From contig NW_021823582.1 in the NCBI RefSeq assembly GCF_006345805.1, positions 1 through 21,686 of the forward strand: 21,686 bases of DNA, in the 5' to 3' direction. The translations under genes and the position numbers were made by a program. Below are positions 9,231 through 21,225 of the stretch, piece by piece. Origin of the DNA: Octopus sinensis (taxonomy: Eukaryota). The notes under the pieces were generated by a model. The model was given only the letters and a program-made list of their open reading frames with translations, had not been told where the DNA came from and ran no database searches. Each line of letters starts with the position of its first letter. Within the stretch, counting starts at the first letter, position 1.

Positions 9231-10063
9231 TCCTGACACAAAACCGTACGGCTCCCCTTCTTGGTTAATTCTCTTCCAAATTAATTTTTCAGCATCTTTC
9301 ATGATCTGCTCCACTAATTTGATACGTCCGAAATTATTCTCTCTGAGAGAGTTAATTGCAGTGTTACAAGGGTAAACATTGCCTTTACCCTAGTGACGCG
9401 TCCCCAAAGTCCATCCCTCCTCGCCGTGGTTGGGACACTGAAAACGGGTAGTGTCAAAGCTATGCCGTCGGGAACTTCGGTTCCTGGTAGGGCCACCCAA
9501 GGCGGATTGGTCTGACACCGAGTGGTATTAGGGCCATGACCCGGCAGACGGGGCTCAGGTGAAAATCCTCGGAGTGTCTGTTTCGGCAACCGGCGGTTCC
9601 TCGGTCGTTCTGTCCCTGCGTCTGCGGACAATCTGCGGCAAACAGGATGTCTTTACATGCGGGATTGTTGGGGACCGCTTGTGAAATTCATATTCCCACA
9701 AAACTTCTTCCACTGCCATGGTTCGAGATGCCTCGAGGGTGGTGGAAGAAGCCGACTCAACCCGCCCAGGGTGAATGTCGCCACAAGTACAAATACAAGT
9801 AAGTTACCCTAGTGACAGATCCTTAGAATGCTACAACGCCGATCGTCGGGTGTGACATCTTTCTGTACGGGAACTATGCCATATCCTACTCTGTTAGGTA
9901 TTTTAAGCCTTTCAGCACCAATTCCTGACGGTCCAAGAGCTTCCCCTACATTCATACTTTGAACTGCTTTCTCGATCATACGGTCGTCTTCTGGAATGGC
10001 TGGTTCCTCTGTTGGGTCCAAGTTGGATAGACATTCGTTCTTCCATGTATTATCCGCATTGAA
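9231..10063 (-). pseudogene. RTE-clade LINE ORF fragment (start of RT domain), decayed and interrupted by the 9398-9803 insertion
   Basis: IEKAVQSMNVGEALGPSGIGAERLK (KAPGP-type motif), ICH*GKG across the TSD, ENNFGRIKLVEQIMK (NYRGIKL motif), and PYGFVSG (QFGF motif), all in the expected order. Confidence 0.85.
9398..9803 (+). mobile_element. 406-bp non-autonomous RTE-derived retroposon with 13-bp TSD
   Basis: TTACCCTAGTGAC at 9385-9397 and 9804-9816. 3' tail ACAAGT-ACAAAT-ACAAGT-AAG. GCTATGCC...TAGGGCCACCCAAGGCGGA resembles the RTE/BovB 5' UTR motif. GC-rich. Confidence 0.85.
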
Positions 10064-10071
10064 AAAAGTGT

Positions 10072-10461
10072 TTCAGATTTGTTTCAAATTTTGGCACTAG
10101 GCTAACAATTTCGGGAGCAAGGGTAAGTCGATTACATCGACCCCAGAATACAACTGGTACTTATTTTATCAACCCCGAAAGGATCGACCTCGCAGAATTG
10201 GAACTCGGATCATAAAGACGGACGAAATACCTATTTCTTTACTACCCACAAGGGGCTAAACACAGAGGGGACAAACAAGGACAGACAAACGGATTAAGTC
10301 GATTATATCGACGCCAGTGCGTAACTGGTACTATTTAATCGAGCCCGAAAGGATGAAAGGCAAAGTCGACCTCGGCGGAATTTGAGATCAGAACGTAACG
10401 GCAGACGAAATACGGCTACTCATTTTGTCCGATGTGTTAATGATTCTACCAGCTCGCTGCC
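10072..10461 (-). mobile_element. SINE family B, tandem dimer
   Basis: Two units (AAGTCGATTA at ~10125 and ~10296), head CCAGCTCGCTGCC ending at 10461, tail TTTTGGCA as at ~5548. Confidence 0.88.
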
Positions 10462-10670
10462 GTAAGAGCCTTTCATGTTAGCATCGATGCCGCTTTCTTT
10501 TCCAAATTACCAAATGCAAGAAAGTCATTATCATAATCACAAAGTGCAACTGTACCCGTTGCTTCTCTCCCACGACATCTCAATTTCCTCTCATACACAA
10601 CCTTGCAATCTTGGACATGTTTGTCACCAGACCTCAAGCTGGAAAAAAAAGATGTCAACAAACCTCTTAC

Positions 10671-10833
10671 GTTAACAAAGCTCTCACGTTGCGAACTAAA
10701 AATGTCGCCGAATTTCCCTTCAAGCTACGTGGAATAATTTTCTGCACAACGCCACTTCTCTGAATATTTCCAGGATTATCTCTTCGCATCTCTGATTGCT
10801 GTCTCATTGCTGTTTCCACGAGGATAAAGCCGC
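10671..10833 (-). other. Candidate exon (coding status unknown)
   Basis: Non-repetitive. Acceptor TTATTTTCTTTTCTTGTCATGCATTGACAG. Possible donors GTAAGA (10670) or GTGAGA (10687). Confidence 0.3.
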
Positions 10834-10909
10834 CTGTCAATGCATGACAAGAAAAGAAAATAAGAATAACAACAGCTAAAATCCGTTTAATCATCTACAT
10901 TACTGGGAG

Positions 10910-11811
10910 GTGTGTGTATGTGTGTGTGCGTGTATATGTGTGTGTGTGGCATGTATTCCTGCGAAGATGTGTATGTATATAAATATATTTTTACATACAT
11001 GTATATACATATAATATATATATATATTATATATATATATATATATTATATATTATATATTATATATATATATATTATATATATATAATACAATATATAT
11101 ATATCATATATATATTATATATACATAATATATTTATATTTATATATTATATATAGATAGATAGATAGATAGATACATACATACATATAGATATAGATAT
11201 ATACATATATACATATATATACATATACATATACATATATACATATATACACACATATACATACATATATATACATATACACACACACATATATATATAT
11301 ACACATATATAGACAAATGCCTGTGATACATGTTTATGTATACATATATTTATGTGTCCAGGTATGTATCTGTGCAGACAGGTGTGTGTATGTATACGTG
11401 TGAGCGTGTGGGGGGGAGGCTCCCGTCTGCGTGCATATGTGCCTATGTGTAATGTGCAATGTGCACGTGTACGTGTGTGTGTGTGCGCTTGTATGTGTTT
11501 CCTTGGTGTGTGTTTAATCTGCCGAATCGATCTGTCTGAGATTTATCAAGGAGACCATGTCAATTATCCATCAAAGAATTTCTGGTCAAAGAATTCGCAG
11601 ATAAATACATGTACAGACATATATGTTGGTACCTGTGTATACAGGCACACATATATATGCATATATATATATATATATAGTATATATATATATATATTAT
11701 ATATATATGCATATATATATATATATATATATATGCATATATATATATATATGCATGTATAAATATTATATATACATACATATATATATATGTGTGTGTA
11801 TATATATGTAT
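10910..11811. repeat. (TG)/(TA)/(GATA)/(TACA) low-complexity tract with a short unique island (~11500-11610)
   Basis: Directly visible. Confidence 0.85.
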
Positions 11812-11942
11812 ATACGTTTTCGCAAAAAGTTTTTATAGAAATGTATATATCTATATATGTTTATATATATGTATGTGCATATATATAATATATATATATA
11901 TATATTATATATATATATATAGATAGATAGATAGATAGATAG

Positions 11943-11994
<52 letters not shown>

Positions 11995-12045
11995 GATATA
12001 CATATTTCTATATATATACATTTATATAAAAAAATTTGCGAAAGC

Positions 12046-12088
<43 letters not shown>

Positions 12089-12114
12089 TACGATAGATAG
12101 ACAGATAGATATAC

Positions 12115-12189
<75 letters not shown>

Positions 12190-12307
12190 GATATACATAT
12201 TTCTATATATACATTTATATAAAAAAATTTGCGAAAGCGTATATATATATATTATATATATATTATATATATATATATAATATATATATAGATAGATAGA
12301 TAGATAT

Positions 12308-12370
<63 letters not shown>

Positions 12371-12475
12371 CATACATACATATTTCTATATATATACATT
12401 TATATAAAAAAATTTGCGAAAGCGTATATATATATATATATACATATATACGATAGATAGACAGATAGATATACC

Positions 12476-12553
<78 letters not shown>
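11812..12553. repeat. Composite tandem repeat (~190 bp: unique anchor + (TA)n + (GATA)n) x3, plus an inverted anchor copy
   Basis: TTTGCGAAAGCGTATA at 12035, 12228 and 12413. Diverged reverse complement TATACGTTTTCGCAAAAA at ~11811. Confidence 0.88.
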
Positions 12554-12554
<1 letters not shown>

Positions 12555-13182
12555 GCACACAAATTTATGCTTTAATGCTTTGATGAATCTATGCTTTCTC
12601 TTCCTCTCTCTCTCTCTCTCTCTATCTCTGCAATATATACATGAATACCATATATATATAGACAGGCATATATATACAGATGCACACACATACACACATA
12701 TTTATTCATGTTTAGGAGTATACGTATCACTATATGAAAGCACCCAACCATTCATACGCGCGCGCACATACAAATACTTACACCCGTACGCAGAATCAAT
12801 CACACGAATATATTCAGTTACATATACAGGTATGTATGTTTGTGTGTGTCTTTGTGCGTGTGTGTGTATAGATGAATGTATGTATATGCACGTATGTATA
12901 TATATTTATATACTTATATACACTTCGATAATTACGCAAAAAATACTATTTGTTTAATATATCGAATATGAAAATGATATATACATGAATACCATACACA
13001 GACATATACACACACACTCACGTACATATAAACATATATTTACAGATACACAAACACACACACAAGTACACACAAAGTACACATACACTCGTTCCCACAT
13101 GTATTCATGTATGCAGGTATGCAAGTATGTATATATGTGTGAGTGTATGTATTTGTGTGTCTAAATCTCAGCAAAAATAATA

Positions 13183-15707
13183 CGTTGTGCTTTCGAATAT
13201 GAGAATATGTGTGTGCGAATGTGTTGTTCTTGCGAATATGGGAATATGTGTGTGCGAATGTGTTGTGCTTGCGAATATGAGAATATGTGTGTGCGAATGT
13301 GTTGTGCTTGCGAATATGAGAATATGTGTGTGCGAATGTGTTGTGCTTTCAAATATGAGAATATGTGTGTGCGAATGTGTTGTTCTTGCGAATATGGGAA
13401 TATGTGTGTGCGAATGTGTTGTGCTTTCGAATATGAGAATATGTGTGTGCGAATGTGTTGTGCTTGCGAATATGAGAATATGTGTGTGCGAATGTGTTGT
13501 GCTTTCGAATATGAGAATATGTGTGTGCGAATGTGTTGTGCTTGCGAATATGAGAATGTGTGTGTGCGAATGTGTTGTGCTTTCGAATATGAGAATATGT
13601 GTGTGCGAATGTGTTGTGCTTTCGAATATGAGAATATGTGTGTGCGAATGTGTTGTGCTTTCGAATATGAGAATATGTGTGTGCGAATGTGTTGTGCTTG
13701 CGAATATGAGAATGTGTGTGTGCGAATGTGTTGTGCTTTCGAATATGAGAATATTGTGTGTGCGAATGTGGTTGTGCTTTCGAATATGAGAATATGTGTG
13801 TTCGAATGTTTTGTGCTTTCGATAGAGAATATGTGTGTGCGAATGTGTTGTGCTTGTGAATATCAGAATATTGTGTGTCGAAATGTGTTGTGCTTGCGAA
13901 TATGAGAATATGTGTGTGCGAATGTTTTGTGCTTGCGAATATGAGTAGTGTGTTCGAATGTTTTGTGGCTTTCGAATATGAGAATATGTGTGTGCGAATG
14001 TGTTGTGCTTGCGAATATGAGAATATGTGTGTGCGAATGTGTTGTGCTTGGCGAATATGAGAATATTGTGTTTCGAATGTGTTGTGCTTGCGAATATGAG
14101 AATATGTGTGTGCGAATGTGTTGTGCTTGTGATATCAGAATATGTGTGTGCGAATGTGTTGTGCTTGCGAATATGAGAATATGTTGTGCGAATGTGTTGT
14201 GCTTGCGAATATGAGAATATGTGTGTTCGAATGTTTTGTGCTTCGAATATGAGAATATGTGTGTGCGAATGTGTTGTGCTTGCGAATATGAGAATATGTG
14301 TGTGCGAATGTGTTTGTCTTTGCGAATATGAGAATATGTGTGCTCGAATATGTTGTGCTTGCGAATATGAGATATGTGTGTGCGAATGTGTTGTGCTTGT
14401 GAATATCAGAATAGTGTGTGCGAATGTGTTGTGCTTGCGAATATGAGAATATGTGTGTGCGAATGTGTTGTGCTTGCGAATATGAGAATATGTGTGTTCG
14501 AATGTTTTGTGCTTTCGAATATGAGAATATGTGTGTGCGAATGTGTTGTGCTTTCGAATATGAGGATATGTGTGTGCGAATGTGTTGTGCTTGCGAATAT
14601 GAGAATATGTGTGTGCGAATGTGTTGTGCTTGCGAATATGAGAATATGTGTGTGCGAATGTGTTGTGCTTGTGAATATCAGAATATGTGTGTGCGAATGT
14701 GTTGTGCTTGCGAATATGAGAATATGTGTGTGCGAATGTGTTGTGCTTGCGAATATGAGAATATGTGTGTTCGAATGTTTTGTGCTTTCGAATATGAGAA
14801 TATGTGTGTGCGAATGTGTTGTGCTTGCGAATATGAGAATATGTGTGTGCGAATGTGTTGTGCTTGCGAATATGAGAATATGTGTGTTCGAATGTGTTGT
14901 GCTTGCGAATATGAGAATATGTGTGTGCGAATGTGTTGTGCTTTCGAATATGAGAATATGTGTGTTCGAATGTGTTGTGCTTGCGAATATGAGAATATGT
15001 GTGTGCGAATGTGTTGTGCTTGCGAATATGAGGATATGTGTGTTCGAATGTGTTGTGCTTGCGAATATGAGAATATGTGTGTGCGAATGTGTTGTGCTTT
15101 CGAATATGAGAATATGTGTGTGCGAATGTGTTGTGCTTGCGAATATGAGGATATGTGTGTGCGAATGTGTTGTGCTTTCGAATATGAGAATATGTTTGTT
15201 CGAATGTGTTGTGCTTGCGAATAGAGAATATGTGTGTGCGAATGTGTTGTGCTTGCGAATATGAGGATTGTGTGTTCGAATGTGTTGTGGCTTGCGAATA
15301 GAGAACATAAGTGTGGGCGAATGTGTTGTGCTTTCGAATATGAGAATATTGTGTGCGAATGTGTTGTGCTTGCGAATATGAGAATGTGTGTGTGCGAATA
15401 TGTTGTGCTTTCGAATATGAGAATATGTGTGTGCGAATGTGTTGTGCTTGCGAACATCAGATTATGTGTATGCGAATGTGCTGTGATTGCGAATATCAGA
15501 ATATGTGTATGCGAATGTGTTGTTCTTATAAATATGCGAATATGTGTGTACGAACATGTGCTTGCAGATATGAGAATATGTGTGCTAACATCTCGTGCTT
15601 GCGAATATGAGAATATGTGTATGCGAATGTAGTGTACTTGCGAATATGAGAATATGTGTGTGCGAATTTTATTTACTTGCGAATTTGAGAATATGATTTT
15701 TGCGAAT
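13183..15707. repeat. 39-bp minisatellite GCGAATATGAGAATATGTGTGTGCGAATGTGTTGTGCTT, roughly 64 copies
   Basis: 13-aa periodicity in the ORF track (CEYENMCVRMCCA). The array decays after ~15460. Confidence 0.97.
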
Positions 15708-15709
15708 TG

Positions 15710-16325
15710 TTTTTGTGTATGTGTATCTTTATATATTTGACAGATATTTGTGTCTGTGTGCTTCTGTGTTTGTATGTTAGTTTGTCTCAATTTGCGTGTG
15801 TCTGTGTGTGTATTTGTAGTTTGTTTTTTGTTTGTATGCATTTGTGTATGTATCATTATTTGTGTCTGTGTGTGAAAGAGCGAAGAATATGTGGATGTGA
15901 GCATAAATAAATAAATATCCATGTGTATGTGTATGTCTGTATATATATATATATATGTGTGTGTCTGTGTTTATGTGAGTGTGTAATCATATATATGTGT
16001 GTGTATACATATAGATACGTTTATATGTATACACATATGTATAAATTGATATGTACATATATATATGTGTGTGCGTGTGTATATATATTACGGTACATTT
16101 ATATTATATAAAGCATGATATTTGATATGTTTTCTGTAATTTACTAATACGGTATATGTATACACACACACTCACACACACATACAGACATGCACATACA
16201 CACACACACACACACATATACACAAACACATATATATATGCATTCATTATATTCGTATATGTACAGATATGTGTAGGTATGTACACCTATAAGTGCATAC
16301 GTGTGTCTGCGTATGTATATATATC
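15710..16325. repeat. Degenerate TG/TA/CA low-complexity tract
   Basis: Directly visible. Confidence 0.8.
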
Positions 16326-16611
16326 GCACCTATCTGTGTGCTTGCGACGTGTTACTCTGGTTTGTGTTTGTACGAGTTTTGTGTATCTGTTTTTATCTCT
16401 CCATTTCTATATCTTACGCTCTCTTTCACAATTTCCTTATCAATATATCATGGTTTTCTCTACCAATTAATCACCAAAGAAACTTTTTCTTCGTATCTTT
16501 TTCCAACATGATTCTTAATTGATAATAGACCGAGCAGAAAATTCCAGCCAAAGACGAATTCCTCGGTGTTGTTTCGATTCCTAGACGCGTCCATTTTGTA
16601 AACTTCTTTCA

Positions 16612-16757
16612 GCGCAGGCAACGGCTGTGTGTTTGAGAAGCTCGCTTTGCGATCACGTGGACTCGGGTATCAGTACCACTGCAAGGAATTTTGTGCCCCG
16701 GGCTGTCCAGTGCCATGTGAGGGAATTTGGTTGACAGAAACTGCGGGGAAGCCGGCG
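16612..16757 (+). mobile_element. Degenerate SINE family A 5' part
   Basis: GCGCAGGCAACGGCTGTGTG...CAGTACCACTGC...TTGTGAG-like block...GAAACTG aligns to the reverse complement of 2870-3007. Confidence 0.6.
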
Positions 16758-16766
16758 AGCGTGGAA

Positions 16767-17071
16767 GCGGCGAGCTGGCAGAAACGTTAGAACGCCGGGC
16801 GAAATACTTAACGGTATTTCGTCTGCGTTACGTTGTGAGTTCAAATTCCGCCGAGGTCGACTTTGCCTTTCATCCTTTCGGGGTCGATAAATTAAGTACC
16901 AGTTACGCACTGGGGTCGATGTAATCGACTTAATACCTATGTCTGTCCTTGTTTGTCCCCTCTGTGTTTAGCCCCTTGTGGGTAATAAAGAAATAGGTAT
17001 TTCGTCTGCCGCTACGTTCTGAGTTCAAATGCTGCCGAGGTCGATGAATTAAGTACTAATTACGCACTGGT
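16767..17071 (+). mobile_element. SINE family B: head, one unit, and an internally deleted second unit
   Basis: GCGGCGAGCTGGCAGAAACG head, GAGTTCAAATTCC B box. GGTATTTCGTCTGC recurs at ~16813 and ~16996. Confidence 0.9.
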
Positions 17072-17346
17072 AATAAATGTCTCCTGAAAGAGTCTCAAAA
17101 CTTCTAGAATGGACCTTATATCTACATACACACACATATATATGGGAGAGAGATAGGGGGGAAAGAGCAAATATTCAGGAGTGAATATTTATATGGATAT
17201 TATTAGTTATTAACGAGGGCAATATGAATAATTGATAACAGCAATAATAAAATAAGTAGTCACGGCCCTAAATTAGCATTATTATTGGTGGTTTAATGAG
17301 GGTTTTAACTCTTATGTCTAGCAGACCGGCACATTCGTGTGCCCTT

Positions 17347-17663
17347 GCCAGCTTAATTTAATTCGTCCTTAGACGAAAGACACCTATTGTTAATGTCCTG
17401 TTATTTGCTTTTGTATTTGTGTAACATTTCTCCGTTTTTTTCCGACCTTGTTTTCGCATACGTTCGCTGCTTTCTTCCAAGGAATCTAATGCTCTTAGCT
17501 TAGTTTTTCCTTGTGGCTGGCCAGATTGGAGCAGTCTTGAGCATAACCAGCCGAAACTGAAAACATAATCTAGAACTCGACTGAGGAAAGAAAACTCCGA
17601 ATGACCCGTCCTTGTTTTTTCTTGTCCTTTTTTTTGTATCATCTGTCTGGATGTTTTGCATTC
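17347..17663. mobile_element. Dispersed repeat, copy 2 (inverted relative to 583-895)
   Basis: GCCAGCTTAATTTA...TCTGGATGTTTTGC is a collinear reverse complement of copy 1. Confidence 0.8.
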
Positions 17664-17953
17664 TTGTCCCATTTTTTATATTCCTTTATATATATTGTTG
17701 TATTTAGGAATGGTCATGTTGCCAGTTTAGCCTATAAAAACACACGCACTATATATTTGGTGTTAATTTGCTTCAGCTTTATTTTTTACATTAATCTTAA
17801 TCTTATTTCGGCCAGAGTTCATCACACTTCTGTGACCTCATATATATATAGTGCGTGTGTTTTTATTGGCTAAACTGGCCACATGACCATTCCTAAATAC
17901 AACAACATCTGTTTCAACACACGATTTCACATCAAGAATCTTGCAAAGCAAAC

Positions 17954-17979
<26 letters not shown>

Positions 17980-17985
<6 letters not shown>

Positions 17986-18130
17986 GATGGCCTGCAACGC
18001 AATTTCCATCTACAAATCTACTCACGAGTCATTGGTCGGCACGAAGTTATAATCATAGCAAACGAAACACTGGCCAAAGATGCCGCGCAGTGAAACTGAA
18101 CCCAAAACCACACGGCCAAGCCTGCGCACC
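17980..18130 (-). mobile_element. Degenerate SINE family A 5' fragment
   Basis: AATCTACTCAC...AGATGCCGCGCAGTGAAACTGAACCC...CCTGCGC matches 2890-3006. Confidence 0.7.
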
Positions 18131-18399
18131 TGTCAGCCAATAACAAATAACAACTTCGTCATTCAACAAAATGGACGTTTACTCAATGAACTCTTTATTG
18201 TTAATTCTTTTTAAAATGTTGTTTTCATGATTTTTTTTCTTTTTCTCAAAATAATTTGATTAAAAAACGTTCGATAAGTCCATTTGCTATAAAGATTCGC
18301 CATTGGCAATTGGATTCATCGAATTCTCCTTCTGAATTCTTCAATTGAATAATTGGCGCAGGCGCAGACGATCGCTAGTTTCTATGGGGTTCAGATTGT

Positions 18400-18550
18400 T
18401 TATCTTTTAGCCTTTTACCACCAATCTTTCATTTGTTTCAGTCATTGGACTGCGGCCATGCTGGGGCACCGCGTTGAAATGTTTTTGTCGAACATTATGC
18501 TTTTCTTTTTAAAGCTTGATACTTATTTAATTAGTTTCCTTTTTCCGAAC
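18400..18550 (-). mobile_element. SINE family A 3' fragment
   Basis: TTGTTTCAGTCATTGGACTGCGGCCATGCTGG matches 2605-2636. Confidence 0.75.
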
Positions 18551-18864
18551 AGAGATTTATATGCAGATTTATTCAGCAGTTACTTACTTCTTTTCATTTC
18601 TTTGCCTACATGTGTTTCTCCAGCAATTAACTAATGCACACTGCAAAAATGTGCATCTTTATACGCATTTAATTGTTAATTGCCGATTCTTCAGGGTGGA
18701 ATCGACTTGTAGGTGCAGAAATGTATGTCCTAGCTTTTTAAAACCTTTCTACCCGAATACATTTCCCATTATTGCCTGTCAGATGTATTTTCACCAATTC
18801 ACTAAGACAAAAATATATTTTGTTACACGTAATAGCCTTCACTTAGTTTCCTTATTCGCCTACC

Positions 18865-18867
<3 letters not shown>

Positions 18868-18901
<34 letters not shown>

Positions 18902-18947
18902 GTTCTCTCTTTCTCTCTCTTTCTCTCTCTCTCTCTCTCTATCTCTC
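18868..18947. repeat. (CT)n microsatellite
   Basis: Directly visible. Confidence 0.92.
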
Positions 18948-18986
18948 TGAAAAGAGAGAGATACATGCATATACATGCACACTTAC

Positions 18987-19041
18987 AATTGACTACAACA
19001 GTTTGTGCGGGAAATCGTGAATCTGTCTTTATCAACACCAA
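18987..19041 (-). other. Candidate 55-bp exon
   Basis: Acceptor CTCTTTGCTCCCTCAG and consensus donor GTAAGT. Two frames are open (LVLIKTDSRFPAQTVVVN; GVDKDRFTISRTNCCSQ). Confidence 0.4.
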
Positions 19042-19359
19042 CTGAGGGAGCAAAGAGTCGTCGAAACATTATGCTATTATAGTTCTTGGAAATATATGTG
19101 AGATAAATAAAGAACTGCTTGTAAAGTATGCATGACCGAAACTCAACTGCGAAGACATCTTAACTGAAAAGTCATCACACATATGTAATGGATAATTCCA
19201 ACGGAAAGACATCAATTTTAGCTTAGACATTGTAAATTATCCAGAGCTCTTTACTTTCACCTCACAGCATATATCCGTACGATACTTAACAAGACTGGTT
19301 AAAAATTGGATAAGAAGGCTATCAACTGATATGAAGAAGCAGATATCATATATGATTAA

Positions 19360-19535
19360 GTATGTGTGTATGCATATATATATATATATGTACGTATGTA
19401 TATGTGTATATATATATATACGTATGTATGTATATTAATATATATTACGTATATATATACATATATTGTATATATACATATATATATACATATATATGAA
19501 TATATATTATGTATATATATATTGTATATATATAC

Positions 19536-19568
<33 letters not shown>

Positions 19569-19704
19569 TGTATGTATGATTGTATGTATGTTTGTATGTA
19601 TGTATATATGTATGTATGTATGTATGATTGTATGTATGTGTGTGTGTATGTAGATATGTATGTATGTATGTATGTATGCTTGTATGTATGTATGCATGTA
19701 TGTA

Positions 19705-19735
<31 letters not shown>

Positions 19736-20152
19736 GTGTATGTATGCATGTATGTATGTATGTATGTACGTATGTATGTATGTATATATGTATGTATGTA
19801 TGCATGCATATATGCATGTATGTATGTATTTACGTAGATATGTATATATATATGTATGTATGTATGAATGTATGTATGTATGTATGTGTGTGTATATATG
19901 TATGTATGAATGTATGTATGTATGTATGTATGTATGTATGTATGTATGTATGTATGTATGTATGTATGTATGTATGTATGTATGTATGTATGTATGTATG
20001 TATGTATGTATTGGTGTGTGTATGTATGTGTATGTATGTATGTATGATGTATGTTGTATGTATGTATGTATGTATGTATGTATGTATGTATGTATTGTAT
20101 GTGGTATGTATGTATGTAGGTATGTATGTATGTATGTATGTATGTATGTATA
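19360..20152. repeat. (TA)n-(GATA)n-(TATG)n microsatellite tract
   Basis: Directly visible, with a long near-perfect (TATG)n at ~19910-20010. Confidence 0.95.
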
Positions 20153-20469
20153 TTCGTACGGACCTTAATACAAATGAGAAACGCTATTATTTTTCCAATA
20201 TATGTCATGAAATATTCTTCTTCAAAATTCTTTGCCATGTTTTATTGCTTTTTTTATTTTTCTTCTTTTTTCATTCGTCATTCAATTTTGTTTTGTTTTT
20301 GTTTTTTTTCTATGACTTGAAGATTCTCTGGAGTTTCACATGGAAGTGGTGTGAAGAGAGAAGACACACGAAGGGACAGGTACGTCTGTGCGTCTATGTG
20401 TGTATGTTTGAGTGTGTGAGCGTGTTTGTCAATATATATACATATATATATGTTACATGTAAGTAGGAA

Positions 20470-20895
20470 TGTATGTATATATATATATATAATATATATA
20501 TATATTATATATGTGTGTGTGTGTTGTGTGTGTGTGTGTGTGTGTGTAAGTATATATACATAGTACATATGTATATATAAGTATTATAAGTATATATATA
20601 TATATAATATATATATATAATATATATATATATCTATATATATATATACTTATATATATACTTATATAGTATATATATATGCATGTATATGTATGTATAT
20701 GTTATATATGCTTCTGCTTATATGTGAGTCTTAAATCATACACGCGTACAGACAGCCACATGTATATGTGCGTGTGTGTGTGTGTATGTACGTGTATGCA
20801 CACACACACTATATATATATATACACATATATGTATACATCATATATGTGTATAAATGTATACACATATATACATATATATTCATATATATACAT

Positions 20896-20940
<45 letters not shown>

Positions 20941-20947
20941 CTATATA

Positions 20948-21003
<56 letters not shown>

Positions 21004-21007
21004 TATA

Positions 21008-21043
<36 letters not shown>

Positions 21044-21065
21044 CGAGTGAATGTATGTATATGTA
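20470..21065. repeat. (TA)n/(TG)n low-complexity tract
   Basis: Directly visible. Confidence 0.9.
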
Positions 21066-21190
21066 TGGACAATTACCTAGAGAATTTATTTACATTTTAA
21101 GTTTTTCGAAAACTAATAACACACTACGACAGGTAGTTTACTAATGAGTATTACTAATTCATTTGTCTTTGTGTGTGTGTGCGTGTGTGT

Positions 21191-21225
<35 letters not shown>

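Noticed and set aside
9398-9465. HDV-like ribozyme (TCCTCGC loop, GG, P4-like hairpin, CAAA)
   Set aside because: There is no room for both the P3 3' and P1 3' strands between the loop and GG, and no P2 complement was found.
13183-15707. CRISPR-like array
   Set aside because: Units are contiguous with no unique spacers, the context is eukaryotic, and there are no cas genes.
13187-15922. Long Cys-rich ORFs (CEYENMCVRMCCA)n, superficially metallothionein- or keratin-like
   Set aside because: The 39-bp unit is stop-free in several frames on both strands, and indels shift frames freely. It is a repeat artefact.
17572-17620. Hammerhead at CTGAGGA...CGAATG...GTC (and ~620-660 on the minus strand)
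   Set aside because: GAAA is GAAU, stem II is weak or misregistered, and stem I does not pair. Not called as a ribozyme.
19040-19085. CTGAGGG...CGAAAC hammerhead-like words
   Set aside because: Core mismatch, no stem II and no suitable cleavage triplet.
20206-20222. 17-nt match CATGAAATATTCTTCTT to 9010-9026 (EEYFM)
   Set aside because: The similarity does not extend. It is probably chance in AT-rich DNA.
19356-20466. Long MYVC/HTYI ORFs (also in 4253-4920, 11115-12695 and 20768-21100)
   Set aside because: Translations of (TATG)n, (TA)n and (GATA)n microsatellites.
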